Virus record (IMG/VR): IMGVR_UViG_3300021180_000008
Coordinates: 9,568-73,567 of that record
Strand: one strand, 5' to 3'
Length of the DNA: 64,000 bases
Origin: a virus
Positions 18,607 through 28,233 of the stretch are shown piece after piece (the stretch's first letter is position 1; each line of letters begins with the position of its first letter). The notes under the pieces are model-generated. The model made no database searches. It worked only from the letters and a program-made list of their open reading frames with translations, and had not been told where the DNA came from. A program made the translations under genes and the position numbers.

Positions 18607-19344
18607 ATGGAGATCGTAGCAGAAGAGAATTTGAAAGAAGACCCAAGTAAGAAACTATTGTTTACTGTGGGTAACATTAATGGTAACTTTCAACTATTAA
18701 TTAAAATGATTGAAGAGATTGAGAATTGTGGTATCTTCTGTAAAGGGGATAAGGTTGTATTCCTAGGTAACTTCATCGGGGGTAAGGGTGAAGATCGTGA
18801 GATTATTGATACTCTCAGGGACTATGAACTAGCCAGACCTAATCAATGTGTGATTATCCGTGGCGCTAATGAGCAACGTATGCTCACTTCCAAGAAGAAC
18901 TTCTTTGAATCAGAACTGGGTAAAGGTGTATTGAAATCGTATCGTCAATCTCCTCCTATCTACCAGACTTCTGTTGTTAACGATCTGGATATACAACAGT
19001 TTGTAGACGACAGCATCTGGCTTAGTACACTACCTTCTTGGTATAAGTCTAACAAATACTTCTTTGTTCATGCAGGGGTTAATCCTAAGCGCGATCTGGA
19101 AGATCAGAATGTTGGCGGCTTTATGTTTATCAATGATGAGTTTTATTCCAGTGGTAAGGTATTCAGCCATCGTATCGTGCATACTCATACTGGTCAGAAG
19201 CTGGTCTATGCTAAGAACCGTTTCGGTATTGGCAGGGAAGAAGCAGGAACATTGCGTTGTTTTGTGATGAATGATAAGAAAATTTCAGACACTGAATTCG
19301 GTCCTTCAGTTGAAGAGGTTATTCGTGTTAAGGCTTCAGCCTAG
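18607..19344 (+). CDS. Calcineurin-like (Ser/Thr phosphatase-type) protein with degenerate metal-binding motifs
   Basis: VGNINGN, FLGNFIG, IRGANE, FVHAG at the positions of GDIHG, LGDYVD, RGNHE, FVHAG. Confidence 0.75.
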   Translation: MEIVAEENLKEDPSKKLLFTVGNINGNFQLLIKMIEEIENCGIFCKGDKVVFLGNFIGGKGEDREIIDTLRDYELARPNQCVIIRGANEQRMLTSKKNFFESELGKGVLKSYRQSPPIYQTSVVNDLDIQQFVDDSIWLSTLPSWYKSNKYFFVHAGVNPKRDLEDQNVGGFMFINDEFYSSGKVFSHRIVHTHTGQKLVYAKNRFGIGREEAGTLRCFVMNDKKISDTEFGPSVEEVIRVKASA

Positions 19345-19370
19345 ACAAATCCTAAACTTTATGGTATAAT
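19342..19370 (+). promoter_or_regulatory. Sigma70-like promoter for the primase-helicase
   Basis: TAGACA-N17-TATAAT with an extended TG. Confidence 0.65.
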
Positions 19371-19374
19371 AATA

Positions 19375-21036
19375 ATGAAGAATCACAAGCTTCCATGTTG
19401 GAATGGATGTGGAACTTCCTGTGCATCTATATTCCTTGATCCAGGTGATCCTCATGTATATTGTTTTAAATGCGAGAGACGCTCCCCAACAATGAGCGAA
19501 GAGGAAGTACAAGCCTACTATTTGGAGAATAATTATTTGACACAGCCATCAAACGTAACTAAATTACCACCTGTATTCGAGCGTGGTGTTATCACTGCTC
19601 TTGAACATAGGGCTATTGGTAAGTCTGCTGCTGAGAAGTATAAGGTAGAGACTCTATTCAATGGTTCTGAGAAGACTGGTGTAGCCTTCAACTATTTCAA
19701 TAGCGAAGGTATCTATGCCCAGAAGATCAAGCATCTGAATGACAAAGATCATATGACGTGGAATGGTAATCATTCTGCCATAGGGTTGTTTGGACAAGAG
19801 CTGTTCCCCGAAGGTGGGAAATACATAACAATTACAGAAGGTGAAGAAGATGCACTTGCAACATACGAGATGCTTAAAGCTTCGAATCCAGCATTTGAAC
19901 CTGTGGTTGTATCGGTACCAGACGGCGCTGGCTCAGCCGAAAAAGCCTGTAAAAGATCTTGGGAGTTTGTTAACTCATTTGAGAATATCATACTTGCGTT
20001 TGATGGTGATGATGTGGGCCGTCGTGCTGCCGAAAGAGTTGTTAAACTGTTTGACTACAAGCCAAAGGTCTTACTCTTTCCTGCCGGAACGGATAAAGAA
20101 GGTAAGAGTTATCTTAAGGACGCCAACGACTATAAACGTGCGGGCAGGGATAAGGAATTTGTAAATTTATGGTGGAGAGCTGAGAGACATACACCAGAAG
20201 GTGTTCTATCCTTTAAGTCTCTCTGGGATGCTATGACCGCTGATGATAAAGAAGACAGGGTCGATTGGCCTTGGATGGGTCTAAACCACATGACAGGGGG
20301 CTGGCACACGGGAGACTTCGTAATCATCAAGGCCAAGCCCAAGATCGGTAAGACGCAGCTTCTTAGGGAATTGGCTTATAACAACTTGGTTAAGAGTAAG
20401 TTTAATACGGGTCTGATATTCCTTGAAGACACTAAGAAATCTATTGGCCTAGGCATGTGCTCCCTTCACATGAAGAAACCTATCCAGTTTGGTAATATCC
20501 CTTATACTTTAGAAGAGCTGCAGAAGGCTCACGAATTCATGTCTGTTGACGACAGACTGACACTGTTTGATCCAGAAGATGATCGCACATCAGAGAACAT
20601 CTATAATAAAATCAAGTATTTTGTAAAAGCTCATGATTGTCGCTTCATTATTCTGGATCACCTTTCTATGCTGACTTATCAGTCTGAGGACAATGATGAG
20701 CGGCGTTTCCTTGATAAGCTCTGTGCTGATCTTAAGGAGATGACAACTTCTCTTAATATCGGCATAGCTGCTGTTATACACGTTAACGACGATGGAAAGA
20801 CTAGAGGTTCCCGTGCTCCTGTACAGTTATGCAATATCCTTATCAATCTTGAGCGCGATAAGCTTAATCCTGATAAGACCGTGGCGAACACTACCGAAGT
20901 CATCGTTGAAGAGAATCGTCGCACTGGAGATAGTGGTCTTGCTTGTAAGCTATTCTTTAATAGAGAGACTGGTCGTATGGAAGAACTAGACGATCTGAAC
21001 CTTAATTCTGAACGTGAGGTTAAGTTCGATGAGTGA
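19375..21036 (+). CDS. T7 gp4-like primase-helicase
   Basis: N-terminal Cys zinc finger, TOPRIM ITEGEEDA and FDGDDVG, Walker A AKPKIGKT, ILDHLS, RGS motifs. Confidence 0.93.
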   Translation: MKNHKLPCWNGCGTSCASIFLDPGDPHVYCFKCERRSPTMSEEEVQAYYLENNYLTQPSNVTKLPPVFERGVITALEHRAIGKSAAEKYKVETLFNGSEKTGVAFNYFNSEGIYAQKIKHLNDKDHMTWNGNHSAIGLFGQELFPEGGKYITITEGEEDALATYEMLKASNPAFEPVVVSVPDGAGSAEKACKRSWEFVNSFENIILAFDGDDVGRRAAERVVKLFDYKPKVLLFPAGTDKEGKSYLKDANDYKRAGRDKEFVNLWWRAERHTPEGVLSFKSLWDAMTADDKEDRVDWPWMGLNHMTGGWHTGDFVIIKAKPKIGKTQLLRELAYNNLVKSKFNTGLIFLEDTKKSIGLGMCSLHMKKPIQFGNIPYTLEELQKAHEFMSVDDRLTLFDPEDDRTSENIYNKIKYFVKAHDCRFIILDHLSMLTYQSEDNDERRFLDKLCADLKEMTTSLNIGIAAVIHVNDDGKTRGSRAPVQLCNILINLERDKLNPDKTVANTTEVIVEENRRTGDSGLACKLFFNRETGRMEELDDLNLNSEREVKFDE

Positions 21037-21585
21037 ACATCATTGGAATTATAATGTTTATAATACCACCAAGTGTACGGTATGTGGTCTTAGCAAAAGC
21101 TATTATGATTGGCGACAAGAACTAGGACTTATTACAGATTGTTTAGATTTAAGGGAAAGGGAACCAACTATGACAACACCAAACTTTGATATTGCTTTCG
21201 ATGATGAAGAGGTTCCATTGGTAGGAGGCTTCTTCCCGGTTCGTAGAACTAGGTTGCGTCGAGAACCTAGAGCAGAAATAACTAATCCCCTTAGTAAGGA
21301 AGTTGCGGAGACGCTTAAAACAAAGCCAGTAGTAGAGGAAGAGACTATGAAAGAACATAGACGGGAAGAGATCACTAAGCTTAAGAAGCAAGTAATCGCT
21401 CAGACTAAGGTCTTGAATGAACTGCTGCCTAACATTCGTCGTATTGATGACATCTTTAAACAAGCCTTGCATGATATGGATCGCAATGGCTTTGACGATG
21501 TGTATAGCATTGGTATGATGGCCAAGGAACTTGGTGAGATTAAGAAGTCAGTAGAAAAGAATATTCCTAAGGAAGCTATTGAAAT

Positions 21586-23727
21586 TTGAGAGAGAATGTC
21601 TACATAGATATAGAGGCAAACAAACTCGTACATCCTACTAAAATATGGTGTATCGTTTGCACGGATCTTGACACAGGGGAAGAGTTCAAGTTCAGACCCA
21701 ATTCACCCCTCGCAGGTCATGATGACTTCAAAGACGAGTTTATTGCTTTTGCTAAAACCGTTAAAAGATGGTACGGTCATAACATAATTGGCTATGACAT
21801 GCCTAATATCAATCGGCTGTTGGGTACAAAGATCACCGTAGACGAGGTAGAAGATACCTTGGTGTTGTCTAGACTGTTTCGACCTGTACCTGCTCAGCAT
21901 GAGCCTAAGGGCTTCTATAATCGTCAGTGGGGACACTCTTTAGAAGCTTGGGGTAGATACCTGAGATTTCCTAAAGGTGATTGGTCAGACTGGTCTAAGT
22001 TCTCTGAGCCTCAGCTAGAGTACTGTGTACAGGACAATAGGCTGGGTGTTAAGATACTTAAAGAGCTTAACAAGGAGCGCGAAGGCTTCTCAGAGCAGTC
22101 TATTAGGTTAGAGCATTACGTTGCTTATATGTTATGGCAACAAGTAGAAAATGGTTTTTATTTAGATAAGATTAAAGCTGAACAGCTTAAGGCAGATACA
22201 GCTTATCTTCTGGAGGAAATGAATGCGAAGCTCACCCGTCTCTTCCCCCCTCTTCCTAGATTGGTTCGTAACCTGGTTGTTAAGACTAACAAGGATGGTA
22301 CGGTGGCTAAAGTGCCAGCACGAATCTTGGAAACGTATCAGAGAACTCCAGGCTATTCGGCCATACTTAAGGAAGACGGCTCCTATGATCTTATGGTGGA
22401 AGAAACGTTCAACCCTCAGAGTGGTGACCAGATCGCTGAAAGGCTACTGGGTCTTGGATGGACGCCTAGGCATTTTACGGATAAAGGGCGCGTCAAGACC
22501 GATAAGACCACGTTATCAGAAGCAATTTACGAGCTACTCACAAAATATCCGGAAAAGACAGAGCTTAGATGCTTAGCAGATTATAGCATCGTAGCCAATA
22601 GACACGATAAAGCCAACACATGGTTGAAGTTAAGCCAGTTAGAGGAGTGGTGTTATGATGGCAGAGTTCATGGTCAGATTAACCCTATCGGAGCTGGAAC
22701 GCATCGCTGTTCTCACTACAACGATAATATGGCTAATATCGCTCGTGTTGTTACGAAGAAAATTAAAAAAGATGGATTGGTACTTTCTGGTCTTAATCGC
22801 TTTGACTTGGTGTCTGGGAATGATCTTGTCTATTTAAAAGAGGTATCTGACAATGAAATTGAAGTGGCGGTTCGTGGTATTAGAGGGGCTTATGGATGGG
22901 ATTCAAGAGATTGCTGGTCGGTTCCTGGCAACCATATTCTGGTTGGAGCTGACGCTGCTGGCATTCAATTGCGGGCCCTTGCTCACTATATGGATGATCA
23001 AGAATATATTAAAACACTGATTAGTGGTGACATTCATGAGTTCAATAGAAAGGCTGCTGAGATTGAAACAAGGTCAAAGGCAAAGACTTGGGTCTATTCC
23101 CTCATTATGGGGGCAGGTGACGAGAAGCTGGGAACGGTTCTTATTACGAAGCCATCCGAGTTTGATAGCCTATTCGCTTGGGCTAAAGATCAGGAGCTTC
23201 CATATAAGTTTAAGAAAAGATTTGAAAAAGCTAAGAACTATGTTGAGTACCTTATCCTGAAGCTGCAAGCTGAGAAGCGTAAAGCTAGGCCCGAGACGGT
23301 AGCTACTATCATCAAGGGCATGAAATCTAGGGCGTTGTTTATGAAGAACGTTCCTTCATTCGCTAACTTTAAGAATAAGATTATCCCTGCCGCAGCCGAA
23401 GAAGGCTTTATGATTGGACTTGATGGTCGTAAAGTCTGGTTACCAAATGCTCACTTAGCTATGTCTATATACTTACAGAACTTTGAAGCAGTTATTATGA
23501 AACAAGCTATGAAGTTTTATCATGATGACTTAAAGAAGCAAAGAGTATTCTTTAAGCAATGTTCTTATACACACGACGAATACCAAACGGAGACTTATAA
23601 TGAGTATGGAGATGTGGTCGGTCAGAGCATGGTCAAAGGTATTGTAGACGCAGGCTTATTGTTTAACACTTCATGTCCCCTTGACGGGGAGTATAGGATA
23701 GGACACTCATGGGCTCAGACACATTGA
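21586..23727 (+). CDS. Family A (T7-like) DNA polymerase with 3'-5' exonuclease
   Basis: Exo DIEAN, HNIIGYD, YCVQD; Pol GADAAGIQLR, RSKAKT, HDEYQ, C-terminal GHSWAQTH. Confidence 0.95.
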   Translation: MRENVYIDIEANKLVHPTKIWCIVCTDLDTGEEFKFRPNSPLAGHDDFKDEFIAFAKTVKRWYGHNIIGYDMPNINRLLGTKITVDEVEDTLVLSRLFRPVPAQHEPKGFYNRQWGHSLEAWGRYLRFPKGDWSDWSKFSEPQLEYCVQDNRLGVKILKELNKEREGFSEQSIRLEHYVAYMLWQQVENGFYLDKIKAEQLKADTAYLLEEMNAKLTRLFPPLPRLVRNLVVKTNKDGTVAKVPARILETYQRTPGYSAILKEDGSYDLMVEETFNPQSGDQIAERLLGLGWTPRHFTDKGRVKTDKTTLSEAIYELLTKYPEKTELRCLADYSIVANRHDKANTWLKLSQLEEWCYDGRVHGQINPIGAGTHRCSHYNDNMANIARVVTKKIKKDGLVLSGLNRFDLVSGNDLVYLKEVSDNEIEVAVRGIRGAYGWDSRDCWSVPGNHILVGADAAGIQLRALAHYMDDQEYIKTLISGDIHEFNRKAAEIETRSKAKTWVYSLIMGAGDEKLGTVLITKPSEFDSLFAWAKDQELPYKFKKRFEKAKNYVEYLILKLQAEKRKARPETVATIIKGMKSRALFMKNVPSFANFKNKIIPAAAEEGFMIGLDGRKVWLPNAHLAMSIYLQNFEAVIMKQAMKFYHDDLKKQRVFFKQCSYTHDEYQTETYNEYGDVVGQSMVKGIVDAGLLFNTSCPLDGEYRIGHSWAQTH

Positions 23728-23814
23728 AGGTTAATGGCCCTTGCCCACATTGTAAATATGGCATTCTTATGTATATACCTGCGAACTTTCCTTACCATTT
23801 AGAGCATCTGCAAT

Positions 23815-24165
23815 GTGAAAGATGCAATTCAACCTATAACATGGATAATCCAATATATGAGAAGACAAGATGAAGACGATAGGGAATATGAAAATAGTTC
23901 TTGTGGACCGGTTACAAATACCCACACTATAGAAATAGTCTTAGTTAATAAAGCTAAATGCCTAGCTTGTGGAGTAACCTTAGAGTCTAAGTCACGTCAT
24001 GACTTCAGGTCTTGTGGTTGTTCTAATGAGATGTTTGTGGATGGCGGTAAGGATTATGTTAGACGAGGGGCCATGGACTTCACTAAGGTAGAAGAACTGT
24101 CCGAGTACGGTACTAAAGAAGTACCTTGTAAGAAGCCTGAGAGATGTTATTTGTGTAAGGATTAA
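23815..24165 (+). CDS. Small zinc-binding phage protein (start uncertain)
   Basis: NKAKCLAC...S.SRHDF.SCGC...VDGGKDY.RR. Confidence 0.65.
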   Translation: MKDAIQPITWIIQYMRRQDEDDREYENSSCGPVTNTHTIEIVLVNKAKCLACGVTLESKSRHDFRSCGCSNEMFVDGGKDYVRRGAMDFTKVEELSEYGTKEVPCKKPERCYLCKD

Positions 24166-24168
24166 GTT

Positions 24169-24453
24169 ATGCTATTCAAACTAGAAAAGTTAAGCCTTGA
24201 TGAAGATAAAGACTCTATGGTTCCATCTGGTTATAGTGTTACAGGTAACATACTTTATCTTTATGACTATAAAACGGACGAGAAGGAAGTTATAAGAGGT
24301 ATAGAAGGTGTCAAGACTGGTTGGCAGGTAGTCCTGGCAGGTCTTAGAGATCACATTAGAACCTCTCCTATTAAAGAGATTATCTATAGAACACCCACAT
24401 GGGTAAAGTTTAGAACACAGACTTCAGTATATTTATTAACAAAGGTAGAATAA
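24169..24453 (+). CDS. Hypothetical protein
   Basis: ORF packed in the operon; RTS..K...F.T..S.Y pattern seen in phage proteins. Confidence 0.6.
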   Translation: MLFKLEKLSLDEDKDSMVPSGYSVTGNILYLYDYKTDEKEVIRGIEGVKTGWQVVLAGLRDHIRTSPIKEIIYRTPTWVKFRTQTSVYLLTKVE

Positions 24454-24454
24454 T

Positions 24455-25015
24455 TTGTCCCGCACATGGTTTTGGGGTGACTTGCATATGGGTCATGCAG
24501 GTATCATCAAGTTTAAAGATAAGCATGGTCAGAGAATACGCCCTTTCGAATCTATCGAGGAACATGACCAAACCATCATAGATAACCATAACAAGGTTGT
24601 CAAGCCTGAGGATAGAGTATATTTCTTAGGAGATATAGCTATTAATCGTAAGGCTATACCATTAATTAGTAAGTTCAATGGACGTAAGAAACTTATAAAG
24701 GGCAATCATGATATATTTAAATTACCTGATTACACGGAGATTTTTGAGGACATACTCGCCTACCGTATTTATCCTAAACATGGTTTGGTTGTTTCTCATA
24801 TCCCTATACATCCTTCACAACTTGAGTTCAGGTTTAAATATAACATGCATGGTCACAGCCACAGCAATCATGTCTGTCGTCGCAACCTATTTTATAGAAT
24901 GGTGCCGGACCGTAGATTTATAAACATATGTCCTGAGATCGTAGGCTTTAGGCCTATTGAGTTTGAGGAAATACAGGAGTGGATGAAAAATGGAACAGCC
25001 CCTATACGAGTGTAA
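24455..25015 (+). CDS. Calcineurin-like metallophosphoesterase
   Basis: GDLHMGH, LGD, GNHD, SH.P, HGHSH motifs intact. Confidence 0.9.
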   Translation: MSRTWFWGDLHMGHAGIIKFKDKHGQRIRPFESIEEHDQTIIDNHNKVVKPEDRVYFLGDIAINRKAIPLISKFNGRKKLIKGNHDIFKLPDYTEIFEDILAYRIYPKHGLVVSHIPIHPSQLEFRFKYNMHGHSHSNHVCRRNLFYRMVPDRRFINICPEIVGFRPIEFEEIQEWMKNGTAPIRV

Positions 25016-25200
25016 ACGTTGTGAATATGAGTTTACCTTACCTAAGCCACAAGCTACTAGCTGTCCAGTCTGTCTGTGTCAGACAGTTATATGGAAGAAT
25101 TTTAAAAGTATGTTCTTAAAAGATGTAGTTATTACAGCTACTAAGGAGTAATTCGAGTTACGCAGTAACGAGAGCGTACCGCAACGAAGTGAGGAACAAG

Positions 25201-26379
25201 ATGGATAAAGCACATAAGGCTAAGATTAAAGCAGCCCTTGAGCTATGTGAAGAACGATTCGATGACTATATCAAGTATGTTAATGATCATTGTGAAACGG
25301 CAGACGTAAAGCATCTTAAGAACTTCTTATTGGACAATACGGTATTTGCAGGTGGGGTATTCAGATCTATATTTACGGATATGCCAGTTAACGATGTAGA
25401 TATGTTCTTTACCTCGCACGATGCAGCTAATGAGTTTAAGCATATGATGCTGATGAATCCATACTCGCATCTACACGCTTCTGAGAATTCGATAACAGAA
25501 TTCCTAACATTCATTCACCGTTCTAAGCATAAGAGATTTCCTCATCTTTCTATTATTACTCGTTGGGCAGACGCTCCAGATAAGCTAATTGAATCCTTCG
25601 ACTTTAGTTTTAACCAACACTACTTTAAGCTATCTGACTTTAGCATGAAGTTTGATGTCGATACATTTAAGAAGGTTGGATACTTTAACGTATCGTGTAG
25701 ATTCCATCATCACACCCCAATGCATGTACACAGCCGAGCTATGAGGTTTATGAACTCTGGCTTTAGAATTACATCAGATTCTATGTCACATCTTGCTAGT
25801 CGTTTGGCTAAGAGGGCTATCTTAACAGGTGTATCAGACGAGCCCAGTATTTCAGGAGGTTCAGTCAGAAGCCAAGAACCAGCTCTGAATCTATCTCTGG
25901 ATAGCTATACACATAAGGATTATTTTGGTTCTGAATTCTCTAGACTGCAAGATGAGCATATGGCTACGCAAGCAGTTCCTACTAGGTTAAGTAATGCGAC
26001 TACTTTGTCCGCGATTGATCCTGCTACTGCTGATGGCTCAGTTCAAATTAGGCACAATCCATCTTCTGGTCAATGGGAAGTTTATAATAGGTATGGTAGG
26101 AATATATCAGCTGAGCACCTTGAAGGCGCAGCCCAGCAATTACAAGGTGTTACTTTAAACTCTAGATCCCATCCTACTAGAGAACAGCAAGCAGCTCGTC
26201 TATTTGCTGGCGATTCTAGCCATTACGTGCATGAATCGATAGCTGTGGGGTATGGTATTTCTAGACAGGCAGTAGAGGACAATCTATATCCTAGACCCCG
26301 AGGTGATGAGGTCTCTGCTGATTTGAGCGAAGAAGCCTTAGAAACCACTATTAGGACGGTACTTGACGACAACTTCTAA
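25201..26379 (+). CDS. Nucleotidyltransferase (tRNA-NT/poly(A)-polymerase-like head) with a C-terminal extension
   Basis: AGGVFRS...NDVDMFF and FDFSFN motifs. Confidence 0.75.
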   Translation: MDKAHKAKIKAALELCEERFDDYIKYVNDHCETADVKHLKNFLLDNTVFAGGVFRSIFTDMPVNDVDMFFTSHDAANEFKHMMLMNPYSHLHASENSITEFLTFIHRSKHKRFPHLSIITRWADAPDKLIESFDFSFNQHYFKLSDFSMKFDVDTFKKVGYFNVSCRFHHHTPMHVHSRAMRFMNSGFRITSDSMSHLASRLAKRAILTGVSDEPSISGGSVRSQEPALNLSLDSYTHKDYFGSEFSRLQDEHMATQAVPTRLSNATTLSAIDPATADGSVQIRHNPSSGQWEVYNRYGRNISAEHLEGAAQQLQGVTLNSRSHPTREQQAARLFAGDSSHYVHESIAVGYGISRQAVEDNLYPRPRGDEVSADLSEEALETTIRTVLDDNF

Positions 26380-26391
26380 CTATGCTATACT
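26363..26391 (+). promoter_or_regulatory. Sigma70-like promoter for SSB
   Basis: TTGACG-N17-TATACT with an extended TG. Confidence 0.65.
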
Positions 26392-26455
26392 TATGGTATA
26401 GAAACTGAGAATAATATCTCAAAACACAAACGTGCGAAGGAGCACAATATAATAC

Positions 26456-26968
26456 ATGTCTTTTACTGAAAAAGAATTTAATAAGTTTACTGAAGATGAA
26501 CGTATGAACCGCGTACTTAGGGGTATTGCTTATTTCCCGTTTATTCAACGTCATAAGCACTCTGACAAGTACGGTACCGATGAGTACAGCGTTAACTTGG
26601 TAGTTACTGGTGAAGAGCTTAAGAAAGCTAAGTCTTGGGGTTTGGAGATTATGCCAGCCACAGACAAGATCCCTGGTGAACACGTAGTTATTAAGCGTGC
26701 TGTACGTTATAATAAAGATCAAACACCTGAGAGCGTGAAGCCGCTTCTGGTAGATGACTCTAACCAAGAGATTACTACAGACCAACATATTGGTAATGGC
26801 TCTGAGCTTATTATCAAGTTCGGTACCTATTTCTTCAATAAGGTCAGAACTACTATGTTTAAGGTTAAGCTGGTTAAGCTTGTTCCTTATGCCCGCAAGG
26901 ACGACATGCCTACTGATGGCACTGGGTATAAGGTAGCTGTAGGCGACAACGTAGCCTTCGATAACTAA
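26456..26968 (+). CDS. Single-stranded DNA-binding protein (T7 gp2.5-like OB fold)
   Basis: G.AY...Y.V.L...P.LVD...IGNGS...V.LVKLVPY pattern; replication-module position. Confidence 0.7.
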   Translation: MSFTEKEFNKFTEDERMNRVLRGIAYFPFIQRHKHSDKYGTDEYSVNLVVTGEELKKAKSWGLEIMPATDKIPGEHVVIKRAVRYNKDQTPESVKPLLVDDSNQEITTDQHIGNGSELIIKFGTYFFNKVRTTMFKVKLVKLVPYARKDDMPTDGTGYKVAVGDNVAFDN

Positions 26969-26978
26969 ATAATCCCCC

Positions 26979-27044
26979 GCAGATATGATCCTCCGTTGGT
27001 TTAGTGTGCACCAATTCTGCAAAAGCACACTCCTCCTTGGGAGT
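26979..27044 (+). promoter_or_regulatory. H-type pseudoknot overlapping an anti-SD hairpin
   Basis: GCAGA/TCTGC and TTGGT/ACCAA stems; loop AGTGTGC(27003-27009) complementary to GCACACT(27025-27031); ACTCC(27029-27033) can pair with GGAGT(27040-27044). Confidence 0.55.
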
Positions 27045-27052
27045 CCTAGACT

Positions 27053-27934
27053 ATTAAAGAATTAAAGTCCCTGCCTGAGGATATTGACAGGCTCTTCTTT
27101 GAAGGCAAGGTTCCTTCTGAAGATAATCTAAATTTGTTTCTACAGAACATTGGATCCTTGCTGAAGGAGCGCCTAACTCCTCGTAAGGATGGTGGCCCTA
27201 CCATACGCATGTCTAAGCTGGGAACCCCAGATAGGAAGCTGTGGTATGAGCATCATTCTACGCAGAAAGAGAATACACAAGCTAAGAATGCTTTAAAGTT
27301 TGTCTATGGGGATATCATTGAACAGCTGATCATCTTCCTTGCTAAGGAATGTGGTCATACAGTTGAAGATGAACAGAAAGAATGGGATATAGATGGTATC
27401 ATCGGACACCAAGATGCAAAAATTGATGGAATTGTGGTGGACGTCAAATCTGCTTCTTCCTATGCCTTTAGGAAATTCTCTGAGCGATCTCTATTTAAAG
27501 ATGATCCTTTCGGATACATTGCTCAACTCTCTGCCTACGCCCATGCTAATGGGGCTGATACAGCGAGCTTCATTGGAGTTAACAAAGAGACTGGAGAACT
27601 GTGTCTCCTCCCCTTATCTGAAGTAGATACGATAAACCCTATAAAACGAATTGAACAGGTTAAGAAACTGGCTGCGCCTGATGCGCCTAAACCTGAAAAG
27701 AAATGCTACGAGCCTATTCCCCATAATAAGTCGGGGAATATGCAACTGCATAAGAATTGTACTTATTGCCCCTTTGCTAAAGATTGCTGGAAAGATGCAA
27801 ACAATGGAAAGGGCATTAGGTACTTTAACTATTCTAATGGCCTTGTCCCGTTGGTCAAGGTGTTAGAAGAGCCGAAAGTGGAAGAGGTTATTAAACAAGC
27901 CGACAGTATGAAGAATACTTCGGATAATTGTTGA
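27053..27934 (+). CDS. Cas4-like PD-(D/E)XK exonuclease, probable ATT start
   Basis: IRMSKLG...R.LWY, GH.D..IDG..VDVKSAS, GYIAQL..Y, C.YC.F..DCW; frame is open back to ATT 27053 after an in-frame TAG. Confidence 0.85.
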   Translation: MKELKSLPEDIDRLFFEGKVPSEDNLNLFLQNIGSLLKERLTPRKDGGPTIRMSKLGTPDRKLWYEHHSTQKENTQAKNALKFVYGDIIEQLIIFLAKECGHTVEDEQKEWDIDGIIGHQDAKIDGIVVDVKSASSYAFRKFSERSLFKDDPFGYIAQLSAYAHANGADTASFIGVNKETGELCLLPLSEVDTINPIKRIEQVKKLAAPDAPKPEKKCYEPIPHNKSGNMQLHKNCTYCPFAKDCWKDANNGKGIRYFNYSNGLVPLVKVLEEPKVEEVIKQADSMKNTSDNC

Positions 27935-28008
27935 GACTTTGGCTGGAGGCGATCAATAGCGGGTCGGTATGGTACTGTCCCGTGTCTATCATTATAGGAG
28001 AACTAAAA

Positions 28009-28233
28009 ATGGCTAACTTTATCACACTTACCCGCGTCTTTAAAAACAAGGGTAAAAACGGTCTCGTAGAACAGACGGTTTCCATCCGCGCAGATGCTAT
28101 CGACATGGTTCGTGCATCTAACCGTCTTGGCTACCCCGCCCACCGTTCCACGATCACCCTGCGCAGCGGTGCTACCGTTGAGCTGGCAGACAAGGCTTCG
28201 GCAGTAAACGCAGCACTGGCTCGCCTTCGCTAA
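28009..28233 (+). CDS. Small basic hypothetical protein
   Basis: AGGAG SD; biased codon usage (CGT/CGC, GCA/GCT). Confidence 0.7.
   Translation: MANFITLTRVFKNKGKNGLVEQTVSIRADAIDMVRASNRLGYPAHRSTITLRSGATVELADKASAVNAALARLR

Noticed and set aside
27053-27934. CRISPR-Cas system (Cas4-like gene)
   Set aside because: Stand-alone phage replication exonuclease; no repeat-spacer array or other cas genes seen.
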